Below, piece by piece: positions 45,074 through 52,680 of a stretch of DNA of 53,958 bases (positions within the stretch are counted from its first letter, which is position 1; every line of letters begins with the position of its first letter). The notes under the pieces are model-generated. The model was not told where the DNA came from. It did not search any database and worked only from the letters and a program-made list of their open reading frames with translations. The DNA comes from Minisyncoccota bacterium (GTDB lineage Bacteria; Patescibacteriota; Minisyncoccia; Phycocordibacterales; PALSA-1337). A program made the position numbers and the translations under genes. The stretch covers positions 1-53,958 of the forward strand of contig DATJGJ010000014.1 of NCBI GenBank assembly GCA_035495115.1, given 5' to 3'.

Positions 45074-47533
45074 ATGTTCATTAATAACATGAGCTTAAAA
45101 CGCATATTCAGTTCGCCATGGACCATAAGTGCCCTAAGTGGCATCGCTCTTATCCTAATTAATTGGTCAGATTTCTATTTGTATTGGAGCTCGCCATTTA
45201 TCCAGGGATGGGATGGTCAGGGACATGCATCTATTGGTGAATACTATTCTGATCACATTTTTCCAAGCACCTGGGGCTGGGTCAGCCAGTGGTATGCAGG
45301 TATGCCATTCCCACAATTCTACCCCCCGTTATTTTATTTTGTCATGGCAATATTCCATCATATTTTGCCATTTATATCTTATATCACCACCTTCAAAGCA
45401 TTTGTCATCATTTTACAATTATCACTTCCAGCTGCGCTCACATTCTTCGTAGCTCACAGAAAAAAAAGTGTTTCAGCACTATGGTTTACTGGAATCTTTT
45501 CTGTGCTTCTCACATCTTCTCACTATGATATTTTTGGCGGGTATGGCATGAATACCATGTCTACTTTTCACACCGGAATGATCGCTCAATTACTCGGTTT
45601 TGTATTTCTCATCGCCTGGTTGCATTATTTTCTGCAAATCGAACAGAACATCCGTGCCCGTTACCTCAGTATCTTATTTCTTTTTCTTACTTTTCTTGCC
45701 AATGCACATAACGACATAGTTACCTTCCTCATATTTGTCACAATATTCTTACACTCTTTTGTGCCTCTCATAGTGAAGATGATAAAAAAAGAAGAGTGGT
45801 ACAAAAAGGAACACTGGTTGCATGCACTTAAACTGTTTCTTTTATATTTTCTGTGCGGAGCCATCCCCCTTATCGCTACCTCATTTTGGACGGTACCTCT
45901 TTTATACACTTATACATATTTCGTAACAGGGTCATTGTTTAGTGGACCCAGCGTTTCAAGCCTGCTCATGTCAGTCTGGCTACTGCCTTTCATAGCAATG
46001 ATTGTTTTTTTTGTTCACAAAAAAATAAAGAACAGAGATGCTCTTATACTCATGACATCCATACTCCTTGTAGTAGCACTTACCTATCTACCAAATATTT
46101 ATCATTTAGCTATACCGACACACATCAACCGTTGGTTCGGTGTGGTGATATTCATGTTACCGATCGTATGTGGCCTCATATATGATGACTTCCTCCTTAT
46201 AATCGATAGGTTCATAAAGCACCGTATCCTCATATTTATACTTGGAATCATCATAATATTTGTAGGAACCGGAAGCTATCGAATTGAGAATTCAAATGGT
46301 TTTTATTTTAATTACGATAAAGATCATTTTGATCAAATCGTGTCATACATACAGTCAAATAAAAAAGATCTCGGCATCACCGCAGTAGAAAGTGTTGAAG
46401 TTACGGATACGCCAAAAATGTTCATATATGATTCGATATTTGGTCAGTACGGCGATGGGGCGGCCACGTTTGTATTGAGAGAATCATCGATAAACTCTCT
46501 TTTTATGACACCTATCAGAAACTCTATCTCGCTTGACCATGAGAGTTGGGGGCTTGTGAGCTTTCTTGTCTTCAATGATCATTTCTTGAAACAAAATATC
46601 ACAGATGATCTCGATCGTGCCGAAAAGGCAGGGATACAATCTTTCTTTGTCAGATCAAAGTACACTAAAGATCTGCTCAATTCAGATCAACGAATATCAT
46701 TGAAAGCGACATTTGGAAACTGGCAACTATTTGCTTTCAAGACAAAAACCGTTCGCGCAGAAATATTTTCATATAAACCTATCGTATTTTATGGCAATCT
46801 GACATTCAAAGACAGATGGAATACAGACTACGATTGGAATCGCTTACAGGAAGAGCTTTTATTCTGGAATAAAAAAAAGATTATCCTCTCATATGCTTCG
46901 AATCAACTGCTTGATACGAGTACTGATCTTTATTTAGCTTCAACAACAGTCATAACTTCATATCACTATATAGATGAAATTACTGCCGCAAGAAAACTAA
47001 TATCTTATTCTAAAACAAATCACTTGATACTTGTTGCCGAGCGCGACCCTCTTTTCTTCAAGATAAAAGACATATATCTATCGAGCAGTACAACTAAAAA
47101 ATACAACATAACACTTGTCGATCATTTGAGTAACGGTATCATTGATGATGATCCTCTAGAAAATCAGCTTGGCACAGTATTCGCAAATATGGAACATAAC
47201 GATCTCTATCCGTACACTACGGATATCCACATCAAAGATACACATATAAGCGACTCTCGAATACAGGTAGAGTTAAGCGGCACCTCAACTGTCCCGCTAC
47301 CGATACTGGTAAAAACTAGTTATTTCCCAGCATGGCAACGTGCTGATAATGAACCCATATACCTGGGTTCGTCAGCATTCATGCTTACATATGCCACGAG
47401 CAGCTTTGAGATAAACTTCACTACACCGACTTATGTGAAAATTGGCTGGTATATTTCTTTTATAGTCTTAATTGGAACAGTTATTTTATACTATTTTGAT
47501 AGACGCCAGAAGAGAGATTGGTTCGTATCTTGA
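45074..47533 (+). CDS. Large polytopic membrane protein, GT-C fold (PTPS-related family), probable glycosyltransferase
   Basis: WDGQGH..W.WV..WYAGMPFPQFYPPL, about 12 TM segments, extracellular domain, SYFPAW near the C-terminal TM. Confidence 0.75.
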   Translation: MFINNMSLKRIFSSPWTISALSGIALILINWSDFYLYWSSPFIQGWDGQGHASIGEYYSDHIFPSTWGWVSQWYAGMPFPQFYPPLFYFVMAIFHHILPFISYITTFKAFVIILQLSLPAALTFFVAHRKKSVSALWFTGIFSVLLTSSHYDIFGGYGMNTMSTFHTGMIAQLLGFVFLIAWLHYFLQIEQNIRARYLSILFLFLTFLANAHNDIVTFLIFVTIFLHSFVPLIVKMIKKEEWYKKEHWLHALKLFLLYFLCGAIPLIATSFWTVPLLYTYTYFVTGSLFSGPSVSSLLMSVWLLPFIAMIVFFVHKKIKNRDALILMTSILLVVALTYLPNIYHLAIPTHINRWFGVVIFMLPIVCGLIYDDFLLIIDRFIKHRILIFILGIIIIFVGTGSYRIENSNGFYFNYDKDHFDQIVSYIQSNKKDLGITAVESVEVTDTPKMFIYDSIFGQYGDGAATFVLRESSINSLFMTPIRNSISLDHESWGLVSFLVFNDHFLKQNITDDLDRAEKAGIQSFFVRSKYTKDLLNSDQRISLKATFGNWQLFAFKTKTVRAEIFSYKPIVFYGNLTFKDRWNTDYDWNRLQEELLFWNKKKIILSYASNQLLDTSTDLYLASTTVITSYHYIDEITAARKLISYSKTNHLILVAERDPLFFKIKDIYLSSSTTKKYNITLVDHLSNGIIDDDPLENQLGTVFANMEHNDLYPYTTDIHIKDTHISDSRIQVELSGTSTVPLPILVKTSYFPAWQRADNEPIYLGSSAFMLTYATSSFEINFTTPTYVKIGWYISFIVLIGTVILYYFDRRQKRDWFVS

Positions 47534-48215
47534 GCAAATCTTTGAACATCTTTTGTGATGAACGAAAAGGTTTGAGATTTCCATTATTATTGTGTGACCA
47601 GGTAACACCTATCTCGGCGATACTCAGTTTTTTTGCTTGAGCAATGGCGAGCACTTCAGTATCAAAAGCTAGCCCAGATATAGTCATAAGAGGAAAAATC
47701 TCTTCAATCGCCCTTTTGTTGAACATCTTTAGTCCACACTGGCTGTCGTTAATGGTTTGCTTCAGCAGCATTTTACGCAGAAAATTATATGTTTTACTCA
47801 TGAATCGTCGGATAAGTGGAAACGGCACAGGTACATTGCTTCCTGACACATATCGAGATGCAATCACGATATCGCTGGTTTCAATATGTGTGTACAGAGA
47901 CAAGATCTCATCTAAACTCGCAGAAAAATCAACATCAGTGAATACTGTATGTGGCGCCTTACTTGCACTCATTCCAGTTTTAACCGCAAAGCCTTTACCT
48001 TTATTTTCTTTGTATGAAATAAGTACTATGCGAGAGTCTGGATGTAGTTCATTATAGACATGTATTTGTGAGGCGGTATCATCAGATGACCCGTCGTCGA
48101 CAAAGATAACTTCCTGCATAAGTTCAGGATACCTTTCTACAAAATCTGTCACTGTTTCCAATGCGCGACCAATACGCCGACTCTCATTGAAGACTGGCAC
48201 CACGATCGAGATCAT
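47481..48215 (-). CDS. GT2 polyprenyl-phosphate glycosyltransferase (Dol-P-Glc synthase/GtrB-like)
   Basis: SIVVPVFNE, DDGSSD, NKGKG.AV, FTDVD, DSQCGLK, FDTEVL. Confidence 0.9.
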   Translation of the reverse strand: MISIVVPVFNESRRIGRALETVTDFVERYPELMQEVIFVDDGSSDDTASQIHVYNELHPDSRIVLISYKENKGKGFAVKTGMSASKAPHTVFTDVDFSASLDEILSLYTHIETSDIVIASRYVSGSNVPVPFPLIRRFMSKTYNFLRKMLLKQTINDSQCGLKMFNKRAIEEIFPLMTISGLAFDTEVLAIAQAKKLSIAEIGVTWSHNNNGNLKPFRSSQKMFKDLLKIRTNLSSGVYQNSIK

Positions 48216-48220
48216 AAATA

Positions 48221-48736
48221 TTAAGGGTTACTCACTGTACCGCCACCGATAATGTTATTAACGCTTATTGAAGGTGAAAATGTATTTGATCCTATAAGAA
48301 TACCTTCAGTGTAATTGGGCACTGAAGCACTGCTCTTTGATTCCGAAACGTACATGACTATACCCGCTTTAGCATTTCCTGACGTAACGTCAGTTTGATA
48401 ATAATAAACGTACTGACCTTGGTTTAAAGGATCTTGAAGTACTTTGCTGATATACCCACCTGTTACAAGAGCATTGAGTGCCGAAGTAAAGTTTGCGCCT
48501 GTACAAGTTGTTGTTGGGCATGGTGGGTAACCGTTATGATCTAGATCATACAGAGCAAGAGCATTTCTGAGTTGAACCATATCTGAAGTACGATTTGCGT
48601 CTCTTCCCTTTGCACGAGCTATATTGGTAGAAGTAAGGATAACAGAAGAAAGCAGTGATATGATGGCTATAACAACAAGCAACTCGATGAGGGTAAAGCC
48701 TTTTTGATGTTGAATATGTGATGGAGTATGTTTCAT
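48221..48736 (-). CDS. Type IV pilin (orphan, outside the main pil locus)
   Basis: QKGFTLIELLVVIAIISLLSS, RDANRTSD, QDP; Ser/Thr/Asn-rich. Confidence 0.9.
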   Translation of the reverse strand: MKHTPSHIQHQKGFTLIELLVVIAIISLLSSVILTSTNIARAKGRDANRTSDMVQLRNALALYDLDHNGYPPCPTTTCTGANFTSALNALVTGGYISKVLQDPLNQGQYVYYYQTDVTSGNAKAGIVMYVSESKSSASVPNYTEGILIGSNTFSPSISVNNIIGGGTVSNP

Positions 48737-48740
48737 ATGT

Positions 48741-49007
48741 TTACTGGATGCTTTTAGACTGTATGAACTCTTCGGGCGTTATCAACCCATTTTGATAATT
48801 AAATGAGTGGTACAAAATAACTGCTCCCACAATAAAAACCCCAATAAGTATCAACAAAAAAACATTTGCCTGATTCTCATTCTTTACGATATTTTTATTA
48901 ATTAAAAAACTAACGATGCTTGGTTTCTTTGCACTTGCTTGAAAGCGCGCATACAAAAGATGCCCCTGTGCTCCCTGATTGTCTCCATCAAATTCAATGT
49001 TACTCAT
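48741..49007 (-). CDS. Small membrane protein
   Basis: VSFLINKNIVKNENQAN followed by one TM; 4 nt from the pilin start, same strand. Confidence 0.7.
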   Translation of the reverse strand: MSNIEFDGDNQGAQGHLLYARFQASAKKPSIVSFLINKNIVKNENQANVFLLILIGVFIVGAVILYHSFNYQNGLITPEEFIQSKSIQ

Positions 49008-49113
49008 GAGAATAAAGTTAAGAGATAAATAATATATTGTTTTTTATTATATGCAATAAATTCACATAATCATACTGAACTATGGGGATATCACAACATG
49101 ATATAATTGCCAC

Positions 49114-49545
49114 ATGCATACCCCGTTCCAAGCAGGATTTCTGAAAATGAGTAAATTTGGCACTAGCGGAATCATTGCCACAGGTACAAATATAAGTGTT
49201 TTGTACTTACTGACATCTAAAATCGGATTCTGGTATATAACTTCTACCATATTTGCGTTCATCACTGCATTTATAGTTAGTTTTACGCTTCAAAAATACT
49301 GGGTGTTTGGGAATAGGGATAACGCAGTAATATATAAACATGCGAGTTCATTCTTTATTGTTGCTATAATAAATCTCATTCTCAACACTTTTCTTATGTA
49401 TATCTGTGTTGAATATATTCGACTGGAATATATCGCATCCCAAGTGATCGTGAGCGGTATGATCGCCTACGAAAGCTACTTTCTCTACAGAAAAATATTT
49501 GCAATGCAATATAAAAAATTACTTATAAAAAACCACCTCACATAA
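49114..49545 (+). CDS. GtrA family flippase
   Basis: KFGTSGIIAT, SFTLQKYWVF, four TM segments. Confidence 0.88.
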   Translation: MHTPFQAGFLKMSKFGTSGIIATGTNISVLYLLTSKIGFWYITSTIFAFITAFIVSFTLQKYWVFGNRDNAVIYKHASSFFIVAIINLILNTFLMYICVEYIRLEYIASQVIVSGMIAYESYFLYRKIFAMQYKKLLIKNHLT

Positions 49546-49556
49546 GGTGATTTTTT
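49527..49556. terminator. Bidirectional terminator
   Basis: aaaaaaccacct/aggtgatttttt between convergent genes. Confidence 0.6.
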
Positions 49557-49578
49557 GATTTAGCTAAGGCTTATTATC

Positions 49579-49899
49579 TTACTGAGCTGGCGTGTGCGGA
49601 TGATTGCCATGATGATCCTCGTCGTGATTCGTGTGACCGTGGCGCTTCTTGTGCCACTCTTTGACGAAGAAGATAATATAGACTGCTTCGAGGATACCGG
49701 CGGTGTTCAAGATAAGGAGAGCGATGAACCACCACTTCTCATCGCGCTTTGCGGCATGCCAGAGCGCATAACCCTTGAGGGCAATGACTAGGGCAAAGAA
49801 GACAGCGGCGAGAATGCCGAGCAAAATCATGCCTGGACCAAAGCCGTAGCCCCACGGAGAGCCATACATATGACCGTAACCAAATGTTGAATACATCAT
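49579..49899 (-). CDS. DUF5652-like membrane protein with a His-rich tail
   Basis: KGYALWHAAKRDEKWWFIALLILNTAGILE. Confidence 0.8.
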   Translation of the reverse strand: MMYSTFGYGHMYGSPWGYGFGPGMILLGILAAVFFALVIALKGYALWHAAKRDEKWWFIALLILNTAGILEAVYIIFFVKEWHKKRHGHTNHDEDHHGNHPHTPAQ

Positions 49900-50014
49900 A
49901 ATAATATTGAGATTAGCTGATATGTCCCTATTCTACCACATATTATTTAGTCAAATTACAGGTTATAATTGATATATAGGGTATTTAAAATCAGTAATTT
50001 ATAACAATACTATT

Positions 50015-50434
50015 ATGCTTCCAATCAACCTATTCGCAGTGATCGTCGCAGCAGTCGTTGCTTTTGTACTCGGTTTCTTGTTCCATGGACCAATATCAGG
50101 AAAGTTGTGGATGAAGCTCGCCAATATTCATCCAACAGGCAATGAAAAATTCGCTGACATGGTGCCTCAGATGCTCTGGAACCTTCTTTCAAATCTCGTC
50201 ACAGCATATGTGCTCGCTATCGTGTATCTTTTCGCATCAACATCCCCTTTCATGGGCGTGACCGGTGCATGGGGCGGCATCATCACTGGCCTCTGGGTTT
50301 GGCTCGGCTTCCTCGTCACTTCATCGTCAATCGAAGTCATCTGGATGGGACGCACAGTCAAGCTCTGGCTCTTTGAGACCGTCTGCTCGCTCATCGTCAT
50401 GATCGCTATGGGAGCTATCATCGGCGCTTGGTAA
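50015..50434 (+). CDS. DUF1761 family membrane protein
   Basis: INLFAVIVAAVVAFVLGFL..GP..GKLWM, GAIIGAW. Confidence 0.8.
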   Translation: MLPINLFAVIVAAVVAFVLGFLFHGPISGKLWMKLANIHPTGNEKFADMVPQMLWNLLSNLVTAYVLAIVYLFASTSPFMGVTGAWGGIITGLWVWLGFLVTSSSIEVIWMGRTVKLWLFETVCSLIVMIAMGAIIGAW

Positions 50435-50457
50435 TATCCATAACGCTGAAATAATAT

Positions 50458-50925
50458 ATGCAAAAAATCACCCCATTCCTCTGGTTCGATAAGAAAATGA
50501 AAGAGATCACGGACTACTATATATCCATATTCCCTGGCGCAAAGGTTACGAGCAAGGGAGAGCTTTCTGATACGCCTTCTGGCGAGGTAGAGATGGCAAC
50601 GCTTGAGATATTCGGACAGGAACTGAGTATGATGACCGCTGGTCCTATGTTCAAGTTCAACGAAGCTGTATCATTTGTCATCAACTGCAAAGATCAGGCG
50701 GAGATAGACTACTACTGGGACAAGCTCACTGCCAACGGCGGTCAAGAGAGCATGTGCGGATGGTGCAAGGATAAGTACGGTTTGTCATGGCAAGTTGTGC
50801 CAGACACCATGAGCGAGATGATGTCGACTGGCACCAAGGAACAGATCGGCCGCGTTACGCAGGCATTTCTGAAAATGAAGAAGTTTGATTTGAAGACATT
50901 GCAGGAGGCATTTGAGGGGAAATAA
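50458..50925 (+). CDS. VOC family protein (PhnB/3-dmu-9-MT-like)
   Basis: QKITPFLWFD, FNEAVSF, EIDYYWDKL, CGWCKDKYGLSWQVVP. Confidence 0.92.
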   Translation: MQKITPFLWFDKKMKEITDYYISIFPGAKVTSKGELSDTPSGEVEMATLEIFGQELSMMTAGPMFKFNEAVSFVINCKDQAEIDYYWDKLTANGGQESMCGWCKDKYGLSWQVVPDTMSEMMSTGTKEQIGRVTQAFLKMKKFDLKTLQEAFEGK

Positions 50926-50952
50926 AATAGAAAACCTTTTCTCATCCCTCAC

Positions 50953-51009
50953 GTGACGTGCGCAGGCACGTCACTCGCTTCCTTGCTCACTCACTACGTT
51001 CGCTCGCTG
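50953..51009 (-). repeat. Palindromic/GNA-motif element just downstream of tRNA-Ser(GCT)
   Basis: gtgacgtgc-gcag-gcacgtcac hairpin; ctcactcactacgttcg matches 16182-16198 at 16/17. Confidence 0.7.
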
Positions 51010-51096
51010 CGGAACCGGAGGGATTCGAACCCTCGAGGCCCGTTAAGGCCTGCCTCTTTAGCAAAGAGGTATGTTAGACCACTCCACCACGGTTCC
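51010..51096 (-). tRNA. tRNA-Ser(GCT)
   Basis: GGAACCG/CGGTTCC, CCTCT-TTGCTAA-AGAGG, long variable arm, G73. Confidence 0.92.
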
Positions 51097-51124
51097 AGTC
51101 GAGCTATTCTGGCATAAAATGCAA

Positions 51125-51601
51125 CTAATTCAAAGTCCAAATAGCGTAGTTGAGAAATGCGGCGAAAGTGACCCAAGCGATATATGGAACAAGCAGATAC
51201 CCTGCAAGCTTGGATATCTTGAAGAATGCGATAATCGTCGCCAATATAGCGATCCAGAGAAAGAGTATTTCTACAAATGCCCCACCAGGGTTATGCGCGC
51301 CAAAGAAGATGATAGACCAGCATACGTTAAGAATGAGTTGCGCCAAAAAAAGAGCGACGGCAATCTTTACATCTCTTTGAGCGAGACCTTTTTGCCAGAC
51401 AAGAAAGAGCGCGATGCCCATGAGAGCAAAGAGCGTTGTCCATACTGGCCCGAAAATCCAGTTTGGCGGAGAGAACGTCGGCCTGATGATATCTGCGTAC
51501 CACGTCGTGATCGAGGAAACTGTGAAGAATGACCCGACTATACCTGCGAGCTCAGACAATACGATCGCAGATACGAGTTTGAGAGATGTTTTTATATTCA
51601 T
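51125..51601 (-). CDS. tspO: TspO/MBR family protein
   Basis: WYADIIRP.FSPPNWIFGPVWT, LVPYIAWV.FA..LN. Confidence 0.93.
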   Translation of the reverse strand: MNIKTSLKLVSAIVLSELAGIVGSFFTVSSITTWYADIIRPTFSPPNWIFGPVWTTLFALMGIALFLVWQKGLAQRDVKIAVALFLAQLILNVCWSIIFFGAHNPGGAFVEILFLWIAILATIIAFFKISKLAGYLLVPYIAWVTFAAFLNYAIWTLN

Positions 51602-51706
51602 GATTCAATTGTATATCATTGCGCATTTTTTGTCTGATTGTTGTAAATTGGTGCCATTTTCCGTATAGTATGTGAGTTCTCAGATATATTATTGAGGACC
51701 GCACAT

Positions 51707-51793
51707 GGAGAGATGGCTGAGTGGTTTAAGGCAGCGGTTTACTAAACCGCCGTTCCCTCACGGGAACCGTGGGTTCGAATCCCACTCTCTCCG
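51707..51793 (+). tRNA. tRNA-Ser with unusual anticodon ACT
   Basis: GGAGAGA/TCTCTCC, GCGGT-TTACTAA-ACCGC, long variable arm gttccc-tcac-gggaac, G73. Confidence 0.9.
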
Positions 51794-51808
51794 CAGAAAA
51801 AACTTGAG

Positions 51809-52672
51809 ATGACAATCCCTGCTTTCATCAAAATCGTCAGCATATTCTACAAAAAGAATAAGCGCGACATGCCATGGCGCACCGACACAAACCCCTACTA
51901 CATCGTGGTCTCTGAGATTATGCTCCAACAGACGCAAGTACACCGCGTCACCGGCAAATTCGATTCATGGATCAAGCGCTTCCCCGACTGGCAAACGCTG
52001 GCAAAAGCCTCGACAAAAGATGTTCTCCAAGAATGGTCAGGGCTTGGGTACAATAGGCGCGCGCTTTTCTTGAAGAGGATCGCTGAGACTATTACCGATA
52101 ATGGAAGAACGGGAGGTGTCCTACCGAAAACTGTCGACGAACTAACACAGCTCCCTGGTATCGGACCAAATACGGCCGGCTCTATTCTTGCTTTTGCATT
52201 CAACATTCCACACCCTTTCATTGAGACCAATATCCGTTCAGTCTATATCCATCATTTCTTTGCTGAGATAGAAAAGGCTGAAGGCAAAAAAGCGTGTAAA
52301 AAGATCAGTGATACTCAAATCATGCCTTTAATTGAAAAAACACTAAAGAATAAAAATATCACTCGCAATCCTCGTGAATGGTACTGGGCGCTCATGGACT
52401 ACGGGTCATATCTGAAAAAGAATATTCCTAACCCTTCTCGTAATAGCGTACATCATGTGAAGCAGAAGGCTTTCAAGGGTTCCAACCGCGAGCTGCGCTC
52501 GAAAATATTAAAGATCATCATGAAACAATCTTTGACGAGTGAAATGATTGAGAAACAGTTGAAGAAAGGGGCACCGGCGTACACGGGTGAACAAATAAAA
52601 AAGAATGTGGAAGGGCTTATGAAAGAGGGGTTTATTGCTCAGACAGGCAAAAAATATAAAATCAGCCTATAA
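51809..52672 (+). CDS. mutY: MutY-like HhH-GPD glycosylase lacking the 4Fe-4S motif
   Basis: RDMPWR, VSEIMLQQTQV, W.GLGYNRRA, LPGIGPNTA, ALMDYG. Confidence 0.88.
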   Translation: MTIPAFIKIVSIFYKKNKRDMPWRTDTNPYYIVVSEIMLQQTQVHRVTGKFDSWIKRFPDWQTLAKASTKDVLQEWSGLGYNRRALFLKRIAETITDNGRTGGVLPKTVDELTQLPGIGPNTAGSILAFAFNIPHPFIETNIRSVYIHHFFAEIEKAEGKKACKKISDTQIMPLIEKTLKNKNITRNPREWYWALMDYGSYLKKNIPNPSRNSVHHVKQKAFKGSNRELRSKILKIIMKQSLTSEMIEKQLKKGAPAYTGEQIKKNVEGLMKEGFIAQTGKKYKISL

Positions 52673-52680
52673 TTAAGCCC

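Noticed and set aside
51010-51096. Selenocysteine or suppressor tRNA
   Set aside because: Anticodon is GCT with a normal 7/5 acceptor/T-stem; it is an ordinary Ser tRNA
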